Source of the DNA: Malacoraja senta
Lineage: Eukaryota
Reading direction: 5' to 3'
Assembly: GCA_038087875.1 (NCBI GenBank)
Contig: CM075978.1
Coordinates: 170,004,001 to 170,068,000, forward strand
DNA length: 64,000 bases
Shown: positions 26,601-38,645 of the stretch, one piece after another
How positions within the stretch are numbered: position 1 is the stretch's first letter
Layout of the letters: the number at the start of each line of letters is the position of its first letter
Program-made: the position numbers and the translations under genes
The notes under the pieces: model-generated
Told to the model about the DNA's origin: nothing
Databases searched by the model: none
The model's input: the letters and a program-made list of their open reading frames with translations, nothing else

Positions 26601-28664
26601 TTTTGGGTCTGGATCCTTTGGCCCCAGTTAGCATGGCCAACGTGGGCCAGAGGGCCTATTTCTGTGCTGTACAGTTTTATGACTGGGTCAATGGTGTTGC
26701 GAAGTAGGAACTCTTACCAGCTGTGCCACTACGCTGTCCAAGAAGCTTCAGGGTTTTGTTTTTAATTTAATGTTTGGTTTCGGGCGGCACAGTGACGCAA
26801 CTGGTAGAGCTGCTGCCTCACTCTAGGTACGATCCAAAGTTTACACATTCTTACTATGACCCAGTTACAGTTTAGTTTATTGTCACGTGTTCCGTGGTAC
26901 TGTGAAAAGTTTTTGTTGCGTGCTATCCCGTATGGGTTTCTTCCAGGTCCTCTGGTTTCCTCCCACTTCTCAAAGATGTGTGAGTTTGTAGGTCAATTTT
27001 TAGTTTTACTTTAAAGATATAGCGCGGAAACAGACCCTTCTGCCCACCAAGTCCAAGGCAACCAGCGGTCCCTGCACACCAGCACCATCATACACCAACT
27101 AGGGACAATTCACAATTTGTACTAAAGCCAATTAACCTTCAAACCTGTACGTCTTTGGAATGTGGGAGGAAACCGGAGCTCCCGGAGAAAATCCACGCAG
27201 TCACAGGGAGAATGTACAAACTCCATACAGACACTACCCATAGTCAGGATCAAACCCGGGTCCCTGGCGCTGTGAGGCAGCAACTCTATCGCTGCGCCAC
27301 TGTAAGATGGACTCTGTAACTTGCCCCAAGAGTGTGAGGAGTGGATGCGAAAGTGGAATAGCATAGAACTAGTGTGAACGGGTGATTGATGGTCACCATG
27401 CATTCATTGGGCCGAAGGACCTGCTTCCATGCTGGATCTCTGAACTCTACATTCTAAACTCCATCGGAAGGGCTGGTACTGTGTGCAGCCATGACCCAAC
27501 CAAACCTAGCCAGGGTGACCCAGTGATCCCGAAACTAAACTATCGTTGCTGGAAACACCATGGATGTAATTTTACCGCTTGGAGAACTGACAATGAGAGG
27601 GGGGGGAGGGGCTGCTGATGATGCGGCTTGTGCCAAGTGAAGTGGCGGACAGTGTTCATCAGGTCTAGACTTGGTGGAAACACAAAAGGATCGGCTGCAA
27701 GAATGCAGTCAGCACGTATTCCTTGCTGACAGGTGTTCCCTTCTTGGTTTTTAACCCTTTGCCAGTCAAGACTACCTCAAAGATAATCCTGATTACCTTT
27801 GTGAAAGGAATTAGCAATAGTCGTCCAGCTGGTTTGTAGAAGTGACCTTACATGCGTCTGGTTTTCCTCTCTGACATATTTGCTTAATAACCGCTTAGTT
27901 TACAGCCATTTGACCTTCGCCAACTTCGCTAACAGTGACTTAGAGCACAAGAATAAAAGGTATTATTTATTAATGCAGGGGTATTATTTATTGCTCATCG
28001 CCAGTACTCTTTACCACCGCCTTACTGAGCGGTTGCAGTCTCTGTGCTGCTGCTGACACAGTGTGACTTCGAATATCCAACACACAACCTGATATTTAGT
28101 TTCGTTTATTGTCATGTTGTTGTTGTGTGGCAAACCAGTCAGCGGAAAGACAATACATGATTACAACCAAGTCATCCACAGGTATAGACACATGATAAAG
28201 GGAATAACGTTTAGTGCAAGATAAAGTCAAGTAAAATATGTTTGAAGATAGTCACAGGAAGAATTACAAACTCTGTACAGACAGCACCCGTCCGTAGTCA
28301 GGATGGAATCCGGGTCACTGGCGCTGTAAGGCAGCAACTCTATCACTATGCTGTCTGACCCGCTGAGTTACTCCAGCATTTTGTGTCTCTCGTTGTAAAA
28401 CCCCATTTGATTCGCGATTGTACTTCCATCCTTTCATGTTGTGTCCTATATGAGACTCCTGACCTCAAGTCATTGGTTCCATTCGAGGTTCACCTCATTG
28501 GGCAGTAAATGGCAGCTTTTGCAGAATTTGAAAAATATCGAATATATTTAAAATTAAGCTTTTATAAAAAATCAACTTGTAAAGTTGATGATAGTGTTGG
28601 ATATACCATTACATTTTCCGCGGTAATTGCTTCCATGAAGTGTTCGTGGAGTGTTCCACAAAGT

Positions 28665-28980
28665 GTTCTGGGGGAATCCAGAACCAGGGGCCACAATAAG
28701 GGGTAGGCCATTTAGAATGGAGATGAGGAAAAACTTTTTCACACAGAGGTTTGTGAATCTGTGGAATTCTCTGCCTCAGAATGCAGTGGAGGCCAATTCT
28801 CTGGATGCTTTCAAGAGAGAGTTGGATAGAACTCTTAAAGATAGCGGAGTCAAGGGATATGGGGAGAAGGCAGGAATGGGGTACTGATTGTGGATGATCA
28901 CAGTGAATGGCGGTACTGGCTCGAGGGGTCAAATGGCCTACTCCTGCACCTATTGTCTATTTCTATTGCCTATTGTCTAT
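28665..28980 (+). mobile_element. CR1-clade LINE 3' end
   Basis: Closely similar to 3045-3360. Confidence 0.85.
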
Positions 28981-29897
28981 TATGTTTTGTGACAAAGGAA
29001 ATTTGTAAATTGCAGCACTTTTAGAGGCATTGAATAAAAGTCCCGGGTCCAAATGTTTAACATTGTGTTAATTAAAGTTTGACAAGTCTCCCAAATCAAT
29101 CCCAAACCTGCCACGCATTTACATTCCTAAAACAATAAACAATTCTGTTTGTGATCTTCAGTCTGGATGCCATCATGGTTCACAATAAAAAGAAATCATT
29201 TTTCTCGTTAATGTTATCCAGACATCGCCCAATGGAATATCATAGAATCGCATGACTAGAAATTCATTCCCGGCTAGTGGTGCTAAATATGTTACATGGT
29301 AGTGTTGCACTCCGTCCCCAATATTTACTTCCAGTGAGATTCACAAACATCCAGTTTTCCAGCTGGCTATCCTGTGATTATTGCCTAGCTAGTTATCAAG
29401 GCTATTTGCAGTATTTCCGTGGGTTAGCATTAGTTCAGTTCAGAGATACAGTGTGGAAACAAGCCTTTAGGCCCACCGAGTTGGCGCCAACCAGCAATCA
29501 CCCCGTACACTACCACCATCCTACACACTAGGAACAATTTACAATTCTTCATAAAAGCCAATAGCGTTATAACGCATTTGCATTATTTTGTTTTTAGCTT
29601 TTAGAGATACAGTGTGGAAAGAGATCCTTTGGCCCACCAAGCCCGTCATGACCACCGATCACCCGTACACACTATCACTCCGACCTACACACTAGGGACA
29701 ATGTACAATTTTTACCACAGCCAATTAACCTACAACCCTGTACGTCTTTGGAGTGTGGGAGGAAACCGGAGCACCTGGAGAAAACCCATGCAGGTCACAG
29801 GGAGAACGTACAAACTCGTGCAGCCCCTGTTCTTTGTTTCAACACCTTGTTTTTTTTTTCTCCCCTCTCTCTTGTTCCTCTTTTGTTGGTGCCCCAG

Positions 29898-30102
29898 CTG
29901 GTCGACGGGCAAGTGGAGCGAGTGCAGCCGGCCGTGCGGGGGAGGGGAGCAGAGCCGCCAGATCCAGTGCTTCCGCAAGGCGGCTTTCCAGCGGGACCAG
30001 GCCGTGCCCCACTCCATGTGCCCCGTTGTGACGCCCTCCCAGGCTCAGCCCTGCAACATCCATGACTGCCCCCCAGAGTGGGCCGCTGGAACGTGGACCC
30101 AG
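29898..30102 (+). CDS. ADAMTS18: ADAMTS18-like TSP1 exon (WSTGKWSECSRPCGGGEQSRQIQC...CPPEWAAGTWTQ)
   Basis: CCCCAG acceptor ending at 29897 after a long pyrimidine tract, CAG|GTAAAC donor at 30103, 205 nt, phase 2 to 0. Confidence 0.93.
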
Positions 30103-32045
30103 GTAAACCCTGCAGCGCGTGGAGGTCGGGCAGTCCAAATCCCACATCTTAGTGTCATGGAGCCTGGTCACCAAGGGTTTCCCAGCGTTTCTGAGGGAGG
30201 CCCACAAAACTGGCAGCATTTATTAATTAATGTTTTGGGGATCTTATCATCGCCGGCAAGGCTGGAGTTTAGACGTTGCAAAATACTGGAGCAACTCATC
30301 AGGTCCAGCAGCATCTCTGGAGTACATGGATAGGTGAACATGGATACGTCACCTATCCATGTAGAAACAAAGAACTGCAGATGCTGGTTTATACCAAAGA
30401 TAGACACAAAGAGCTGGAGTGACACAGCGGGTCAGGCAGCATCTCTGGAGAAACTGACTGAAGAAGGATCCCGACCCAACACGTCAATTATCCTTTTTCC
30501 CCAGCGATGCTGCCTGACCCACTGAGTTACTCCAGCACTTTGTGTAAGTTATCTATCCATGTTTCCCAGATATGCTATCTGACCCTAGTGAGTTACTCTA
30601 GCACTCTGTATCTTTTTTTGTAAACCAGCATCTGCAGTTCCTTGTTTCCACTGCACTCTTCTATGTTCCATATATCCATAGCCTTTGGCTAAAATGGTGT
30701 TAGAATTCAAAGGCAAATTGGATCTGGGTGTGTTATCTCTGTTTTGAAACCACACCCTTCAATCCTTTGTGTTCTATTCTGATGTTGCTGTAAATAATAG
30801 AATCTGGTTATCTAAACATTAACGACTCCTGACTCCTTGTGGATACGTGGAACTGCAGGTGCTGGCTTACAAACAAAAAAGATGTAAAGTGCTGGAGTAA
30901 CTCAGTGGGTCAGTCAACATCTCTGGATAATATGGACCCCAAGGATCTCGACCAGAAATGTCACCTATCCATGTTCTCCAGGGATGCTGCCCGGCCCACT
31001 GAGTTACTCCAGCACTTTGTATCTTTTCTTGTCTCCTTGTGGTGGGCTGTATGGTGGAACACAGGAAGCGCTTCATGTCTCCATTGTAACAATTGATTGA
31101 AAGTGACACGGTGTGAAAAGATGAAGTGCAGAAGAAAGATTCTCAATAGATTCTATAGAAAAAATGTCGAACAAGGTAAATGTCAAGATTACTGTTAAGA
31201 TTGCATATGTGCAATGATTTGAGCAGCCTCTTTATAAAGCAGGCCAGGTGGGTAAAGTTACCTTCCCCTTTGCTGGATAATTTCTATTGCAGAGAAATAA
31301 TTCTTTGTGAGGATTTATGCAACTTTTTCCAACTCCCACAAAAATGAGTCCCTCGATCAAAACTTTGTGGCACAACCTGCTACACGCAACTATCATTTTT
31401 ATCAGCACGTCCGCAGAATGTTTGCAACATTAGTTAGTTTAGTGATACAGCGTGGAAACAGGCCCTTCGTCCCACAGAATCCATGCCGACCAACGATCAC
31501 CCACACTCTACCTTTTGCACAAGGGACAATTTTACAGAAGCCAATTAACCTACAACCTTGCACATCTGTGGGATGTGGAAGGAAACCTGAGCACCCGGAG
31601 AAAACCCACGCTGTCACAGGGAGAATGTGCAAGCTCTGTACAGACAGCACCGGCAGTAGTAAGAGTTTGTGCGTTCTCCCTGTGACCACATAGGTTTTCT
31701 TCGGATTCTCTGGTTTCCTCCCACACTCCAAAGACATACAGGTTTGTAGGTTAGCTAAAAAAAAAAAATTGTCGCTAGTATGTATGATAGTGCTAGTATA
31801 CGGGGTGATGGATGGTCGGCACGGGCTCGGTGGGCTGAAGGGCCTGTTTCCGCGCTGTATCTCTAAATTCTAAGTTCAGATTCGATTTGAAAATCCCTTT
31901 GTGTGTATTTATTCTCCGAGAATAGAACCCTTCATTGGATGAGTTCCAACATTTATAAACAGCCATTCATTTCCCATTAGACGTTTGACTGGGGCTAGAG
32001 GGAGTGAGGCTTTACTAAAAGTGATCCATCGTTTAGTAGCACGAT

Positions 32046-32065
32046 GCTGCTGCCCTCTGCTGGTC
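32046..32065 (-). promoter_or_regulatory. CTCF motif in unique intronic sequence
   Basis: Minus strand reads GACCAGCAGAGGGCAGCAGC, matching CCASYAGRKGGCR; binding not shown. Confidence 0.55.
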
Positions 32066-34807
32066 ATGTTCGGGGTTTCTGTTGTGCTGGAGACAGCTGT
32101 ATAAAAGAAGCCGCACCTGGGCTAGGCCTGGTGAGATGTCAAGTGCGCTGACATCTACAATCTACTGCTCTCCAGAGACTTGCAGCCTTTGTCTCGGGAC
32201 GATCACGTTTCAGACATGGCCGATTATTAGAACCTGCGAATCCTCAGCCACTTAATTTGCCAAGAAGACACGCGCCAGCACCAGGGTTGCTCCAAACTCC
32301 AGACGAAAATGATACCACTTGCAAATCCTTTATTGTACACGGTTCCGGTCTCGGGGATACTAAGAATAGAACAGTGAGGGTCTGGAAAAAAAAAAGCAGA
32401 AAATGGGAGATGTAAAGGAATGATAGCAGAAATGAACAGGTTTAACTATTAAGGCAGACAGATGCAAATTGAAGTGGAGGAAGGAACTGCAGATGCTGGT
32501 TTATACTGACGATAGACACAAAATGCTGCAGTATCTCAGCGGGTCAGGCAGCATCTCTGAACAGAAGGAATGGGTGACATTTCAGGTCGAGACCCTTCTT
32601 CAGACAGTTACGGTAGAGGAAGTCTGGAGATATGGAGGGGTAAAGTGTGTAAATGACAGATCAAAGCAGATGATGATGAGGAAATGTAGAATGGTTCATC
32701 GTTAGCTGAGGGGAATGGGACAACGCAGCATACAATCGGTAAAATTAATTGGAAGGACAGTGAAACTATGGTGGGGGAGTGAAAGAGAGAGAGGGAAAGC
32801 AAGGGTTACTTGAAGTTAGACACAAAGTGCTGGAGTAACACAGCAGGTCAGACAGCATGTGTTGGAAGGAACTCAGATGCTGGTATACACCGAAGACACA
32901 CAAAGTACTGGAGTAACTCAGCAGGTCAGACAGCATGTGTAGGAAGGAACTGCAGATGCTGATATATACTGAAGATAGACACAAAGTGCTGGAGCAACTC
33001 AGTGGGTCAGGCAGCCTCCCTGGAGAAAAAGGATGGGTGATGTTTCAGGTCGGGACCGGTAAAGGGGGATTGAAGAAGGGGTTGTAGAAAAATCTATAAT
33101 TTTAGGGAACTAACCTACAAACAGCCCCATCTATTTCCTTCCCCCCACCACCACCACCTCACCTCTTCCCCATGCCCCATCTGGATATGGACCCCTCACG
33201 TGTACCCTCCGGTCACTTGCCAGGCTTTGTCCGCTTGCCAGACTTGCCAGAGATCCTACCAGAGAAAACTCAGGCGGTCACAGGGAAAACGTACAAACTC
33301 CGTACAGGCAGCACCCTTAATATGGATCAAACCGGGGGCAAAGTCAAAGTCAATTTTATTTGTCACATGCACCCGAAGGTGCAGTGAAATGAATTTGCCA
33401 GCAGCGATACACTTAAAAAGAACACACAATACACAATAAGATTTAACACAAACATCCACCACATCATTCTTCACTGTGGTGGAAGTCAACAAAGTTCAGT
33501 CAGTCCTCCTCCTTTGTTCATCCGTGGTCGCCGCTACGAGCGGCCCGATGTACAGGCCCTCTCGTCGGGATGATCAAAATTCCGGGTCTCTGGCACAGTA
33601 AGGCAGCATCTCTACCGCTGAGCCATTTTGCCATCTACAGATGCTGCCTGGCCCGCTGAGCTCCTGCAGCACTTTGTATTTAATCTGTTTGAGTTCCTTC
33701 AGCAGTTCTATTTTGCTCCAAATTCCATCATCTACAGTCTCTTCTGTCTTAGAGTGTCTAAACTGTCCCGCACCTTCTCACACGAGAAGGTGACATGAAT
33801 CTAAGTACCCAAGAAGTATTTGGGGTCATTTATGTGATGGTATCAGTGGTTGGTTAGGTTTCAGGTTGGACAAGTCTCACATTCTAGCTACTGATAAAAT
33901 CTGATAGTCAGACTGGCACCTGGAATTTAACAATGAAAACTGAAGCTGCAAGGATTTCCTTTGTCTTCATTTGAACACCTTTAGGCAGAGCAATTCATCA
34001 TTTATTCATCAGGGGCAGATTGTGTTTCTTTCCCATTCATCTGCAAGCATGGTAAAGAATAGTGAAAACATGTAAATGTCCACTTGCAGGGAATCTTGGA
34101 TAGAAAACAGAAAAAGCTGGAAATATTCAGAGGGTTAGTCAGCCTGTGTGGAGGGAGATCCAACATTAACGTTTGAAGGCAACAAAAGTTCATCATCAAC
34201 CTTTCTTTACTGAAGTGTACAGAGAGAGTCCACTGAGCCCGCATGCAAGAGGCGCCATGTTTTGATGCCATTGATGCTCTAGTTCTGATGAGTGGTGCCC
34301 GATCCAGGCGAGCCCCAGGTTGCTGCAGGCCTCCAGCCGTCGCTTTCCTTGCCATGCGACGTATTTCTCCTTGTCCGACCACCTTTGTGCCCGGGGGGGG
34401 TCCTCCCGCAGCTGACCTTGAAGACGCGGTAGGCCAGACCCTGGTTCTCTCTGCCACCGGCCTCACCCATCGCGTCTGCCTTCATCGCCGGCTCCATCAT
34501 CCACGGCCTTCAGGGGACGAGCAGGGGCCGTCTCAACGGCATCCCCCCCCCCCCCACCGGTCGGCCACGGCCCCCTTTGTCTTGCATTTGGCCGTGTGGG
34601 TGGGGGGGCGAGCACAGGCCAGCTCGGCAGTTCTCTCTGCACGGCCGGCTGCCTCTCTCCCTGCAGGCCGGCCGTGACGTGCGGGGAGATTGTGAAACCT
34701 GCGTGGATCAGAAGGTGAAATAGGGAGATTCAAGATTTCCTGGACAAGGTTTAATCACATGCACTGTCCAGGCATTCATTGCTATTGAAGATTTGGGTAG
34801 TCGGGTA

Positions 34808-34930
34808 TGGTAGAGTAGAGGGTTATGTTACTGGACTAGCAACTAGCATCAATCCAGAGACTTTAGTTCGAATCCCACCGTGACAACTGAGGAATTTAAA
34901 TGCAGCTAATTAATTAAGTCTGGAATTAAA
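34808..34930 (+). mobile_element. Old tRNA-SINE head, SacSINE1/DeuSINE-like
   Basis: GTTACTGGACTAG...AATCCAGAG...GTTCGAATCCCACC...GGAATTTAAAT...TCTGGAATT matches my recollection of shark SacSINE1. Confidence 0.5.
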
Positions 34931-35012
34931 TAGAAGGCACATTGACACAACCAGTGGAGCTTCTGCCTCAGAGGTCCAGGGAGAAGAATCCATCCGAACC
35001 TCCAGAGCTCTT

Positions 35013-35073
35013 GAATGAATGAATAAATGAATGAAAGAATGAATGAATGAATGAATGAATGAATGAATGAATC
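35013..35073. repeat. (GAAT)n microsatellite
   Basis: Direct inspection; probably the tail of an antisense retroposon. Confidence 0.9.
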
Positions 35074-35136
35074 ATAGTGACAGTGAAATTCTTAACAATA
35101 GTCGCCCATGAATGGCGCTTACAAAGTTACAAATTC

Positions 35137-35230
35137 CCTTCCCCCATCGAGCCAGTTCACCCTACCCCCATCGAGCCAGTTCATCCTTCCCCCATCACGC
35201 CAGTTCACCCTTCCCCCATCGCGCCAGTTC
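35137..35230. repeat. 24-bp minisatellite, about 4 copies (CCTTCCCCCATCGAGCCAGTTCAC)
   Basis: Direct inspection; explains the PIEPVHP repeat in ORF 35077..35346. Confidence 0.9.
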
Positions 35231-35754
35231 TTTCCCCCCAGGCCGGGTCCCCATTGTGTCCCCTTTGTGTGGACCTTGCCCGTTCTTCCCATGACTACGT
35301 GGCTGTCCTTCTCTGGGTGCTCCGTGAAGACGGGGAACCGGAATGAGCAGGGAGTCAAACAGACGGATGCTGGTGAAAGGGCCGGCAGGAGGAGGTCCAG
35401 GGTGGTATAACCTCCCGCGTCTTCAAGGTCGGCTGTGGGAGGCTCCCCCCACCGCCCCCGGGGCACAAAGGCTGAGGGGCTCGCTGGTGAACAGTACAAG
35501 GGAGTGAGGCGGTCAGGCCATAGAGAACAAAGAGGAACTCGGCAGTGAAAGGGGGGTCTTCAAGAACAAAGAGGGACCATTGGGTCTCTAGTGAGTACTT
35601 TGTAACTTCATCATCATCATCCTCTCGCATCCCAAAGAGGTGCAGGTCAGTTAATTAGCTGCTGTAAATGATCCTGCAAGCCCAATTGAATTGGAGGAAT
35701 GGAGAGGGGCAGGTGAGAGAGAGGGGAGGGGGGAATGGGAATGAGGGGATTGTT

Positions 35755-36569
35755 TTGGGATTCTTTTTTTCTGTCTTTTTAAAATTTGTAGTCAGTTTTA
35801 AAAATTTGTTTTGGAGATTTCTTTAGCTTTTCTATGTGGGGGTGGGGGGTAGGGTAAGGGGGGAAACCGTTTCCCAGTCACTTCCTGGCGAGGACGCGAC
35901 TATTCTCTGAGCACCCCCCTCCTCGCGCCCTACCACCTGGATTGGAGCGGCCTTTCCTGCCGGGGACCCGGACCAGAGCTTCAGCAGCGGCGGCGCAGCG
36001 CTGGATTCACCGCGGAGCGGGCGATTGCTTACCTGGATCGCCGTTGAAGCTCCGGAGTGTTGGGTCTGCTGCTTGAACATCGGAGCTGTGGTTCGTAGAG
36101 CTTCCAGCGCAGGCGGCGCTGACTTCAACATCGCGGAGTCCTGGGGCTCTTTGCCGAGGGCCACCAGCGTTGAATCTCCGCCCAGCGCGGCCTGTGGACT
36201 TTGGGAGCCGCGGACTCCGGTAGGAAGTGGCCGATTCGGATGTCCAAGCCGCTGAGGATGTCCTCCAGTCCCGACGTCGGACTTCCATCACCCCGGCGAG
36301 CGGGCTTGAACATCGGGCCACCCGTAGCGGCGACAGCGGGGGGTTTAGGAGCCCCCCGACCACGGGAGGACAACAGAGGAGGACGACTGAATTTTGGAGC
36401 CTTCCCTCACAGTGGGAATCTTGATCCTGCTGTGTGGGGATGTCTGTGTTAAAAACTATCGTGTTCTGTGCTCTTTATTATTCGTATGGCTGTATGGTGA
36501 CCACACATTTCACTGTACCAACTGGTACATGTGACAAATAAATGTATCTTGTATCTTGTATCTTGTATC
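35755..36569 (+). mobile_element. CpG-rich non-coding retroposon, third subfamily
   Basis: T-rich tract, GGGGGAAAC, GC core, GCCTTCCCTCACAGTG hairpin, Rex1-like tail, (GTATCTT)n. Confidence 0.7.
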
Positions 36570-36641
36570 ACATGTGGGTTTGGCCTCTCTAAATAGCCCC
36601 TAGTGTGTAGAACAACCTCCACTTCATCCTGTCCATTTATT

Positions 36642-36952
36642 GGGCAGCACGGTGGCGCGGTGGTAGAGTTGCTGCCATACAGCGCCAGACACCCGGCTTC
36701 GATCCAGACTACGGGTGCTGTCTGTACGGAGTTTGTACGTTCTCCCTGTGACCGTGTGGGTTTTCCTCCGGGTGCTCCAGTACTCCAAAGATGTAGAGAT
36801 TTTTAGGTTAATCGGCAGATAAAATAGTTTAATTGTCCTTAGTGTGTAGGATAGTGCTAGTGTACGGGGTGATCCATGGTCGATGCGGACTCGGTGGGCC
36901 GAAGAGCCTGTTTCCGTGCTTTATCTCTGAGGTAAAGTAAAGTCTAAAGTAA
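36642..36952 (+). mobile_element. HE1/V-SINE tRNA-derived SINE, representative full copy; roughly 30 full or partial copies in the window, e.g. 1-225(-), 4467-4760(+), 5347-5622(+), 9305-9595(-), 11305-11597(-), 16545-16840(+), 19880-20186(+), 21220-21520(-), 24933-25240(+), 44370-44660(-), 48225-48525(-), 53760-54070(-), 58500-58795(+), 60595-60910(+), 63725-64000(+)
   Basis: tRNA-like head with A box (GGTGGCGCGGTGG) and B box (TTCGATCC), V-SINE core (GGAGTTTGTACGTTCTCCC...GTGGGTTT...CCGGGTGCTCC), CR1-like tail GGGCCGAAGGGCCTGTTTCC plus (TAAAC/G)n. Confidence 0.85.
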
Positions 36953-37260
36953 AGCACATGAGGGTTTGTAGGTTAATTGGTCTCTACATTACCCCTAGCA
37001 TGTGGAGCACCCTCTAAACCCATCCTATCCATATATCTGTCCAAATGTCTTTTAAAGTCGTAAATGTATCCATTATAATTTCCTCTGGCAGCTTATTTCA
37101 GATACAGACAATCCTCTTTTGACTGATAGTGGAAATGCAGGCCAGGAAAGTGTGGGTGAGCCATGGTGGGATCACATTGAATGGCAGAGGAAGTCCAAGA
37201 GGCCAGGGAGTCTGCATCTTCCCCTGTTTCTCACCTTCTTATTATGTCTCCCATTTCCAG

Positions 37261-37455
37261 TGCTCCAAGACCTGTGGCCGGGGGATGAGAAAGCGCAACG
37301 TCTACTGCAGAAGCACCAACCCCACGTCCAAACCGCACACCGTGCTGGATAGTCTGTGCATGCTGGACTCCAAGCCCAAGAGTCAGGAGATCTGTGTGGT
37401 GCGGAGGTGCCCGAAGAACGACCGATTACGATGGATCACGTCAGCATGGACAGAG
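37261..37455 (+). CDS. ADAMTS18: ADAMTS18-like TSP1 exon (CSKTCGRGMRKR...CPKNDRLRWITSAWTE)
   Basis: TTCCAG acceptor ending at 37260, GAG|GTCTGG donor at 37456, 195 nt, phase 0 to 0. CSKTCGRG and CPKNxRL motifs. Confidence 0.92.
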
Positions 37456-37912
37456 GTCTGGCAATTACTTAGTTTATTTTATTTTATTTTATTGTAATGT
37501 GTATAGTGACACATTTTTTTGCTGCTTGCTATCCAGTCATTGGAAAGTCTATACATGATTCCTAACAAGCCATCCACAGTGTACAGATACAGGATAAAGG
37601 ATTTAGTGCAAGATAAAGTCCGATTAAAGATAGTCCGAGTGTCTTCAATGAGGTAGATGGTAGCTCTCGTTGGTGATAGAATAGTTCAGTTGCCTGATAA
37701 CAGCTGGGAAGAAATTGAACCTGAATCTGGAGGTTAGTTTTCACACTTCTGTTCTTCTTGCCTGATCGAAGAGGCGATAAGTGCCTGAAGAAGGGTCTCG
37801 ACCAGAAACATCACCTATTCCTTCTCTCCAGAGATGCTACCTATCCAGCTAGCTTACTCCAGCATTTTGTGTCTATCTACGGGATAAACCAGCATCTACA
37901 GTTCCTTCCTTG

Positions 37913-38645
37913 ACCACCAGGGGCGCCACACGATTGGCAGCCCCGCCAACAGTCTATTTGTATTTTCGTCTTTTTTTTTATTATTAGTGTGTGTTGAAAG
38001 TTTGTGTAAATGTTCTCAGGTTTGTTTTATGTGGGGGGAGGGGGAAACTTTTTTTTTCAATTTCTTACCTTGCCAGAGATGCGATTAATTTTCGGATCGC
38101 AATCTCCGGTCGCTCTGCGGCCTACCATCGTTGAAGCTGGAGGCCTCCTCGGACTGACCTTGGGTCCCATCACGGGGCATGGACTTATCTCAGAGTTGAT
38201 CACTTGCCTGGGATCGCTCCAACAGCGGCCTGCGGACTTTACATCGGGATCTCGCAGCCTTGGGAGAGGGCGTGTATGTCGGAAGCTCCAACGTCACGGA
38301 AGGTTCGACCAGCCCCAACGCGGGGTTCGATCATCCGGCGCGGGCATCCGCCCGATGCAGGAGCTGATCGCCTCGGCGCGGAGGGCCTGCCGCCGGCTAC
38401 GGGAGTCAAGATCATCCCGTCAACAGAGGGCTCAAGGCACCCGACCGCAAGAGAGCAAAGGGAAGAGATTGAGCTTTTTTTTTTTGGCCTTCCATCACAG
38501 TGAGGAATGTGGAGTCACTGTGATGGATGTTTATGTTAAAATGTATTTCATGTGTTCCGTTTGTATGACTGACTTGGCAAATGAAATTCCTCGTATGTTG
38601 CAAAACATACTTGGCTAATAAAGTATTATTATTATCGTATTATTA
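37913..38645 (+). mobile_element. CpG-rich non-coding retroposon, same architecture as 62580; a 5'-truncated relative lies at about 57955-58280 (-)
   Basis: Same order of motifs; AATAAAG(TAT)n tail; inserted at the end of a Penelope arm. Confidence 0.7.

Noticed and set aside
29614-30333. 239-aa ORF as a single-exon gene
   Set aside because: Only 29898-30102 is coding; the rest is SINE and intron read-through.
35137-35230. CRISPR-like repeat array
   Set aside because: Contiguous 24-bp units with no spacers, in vertebrate DNA; a minisatellite.
36026-36038. CTTACCTGG resembling the U1 snRNA 5' end (also CTTACCT at 38064)
   Set aside because: Match is under 10 nt and does not extend into U1 stem-loops.
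36642-36715. tRNA gene-like A/B boxes
   Set aside because: SINE head: continues into the V-SINE core and lacks a full cloverleaf.
37913-37928. CTCF-like CCACCAGGGGCGCC
   Set aside because: One G short of the consensus spacing and located in a retroposon head.
38010-38618. 202-aa ORF in a CpG-rich element
   Set aside because: No domain motif and no shared reading frame among the related copies; GC-rich DNA is poor in stop codons.
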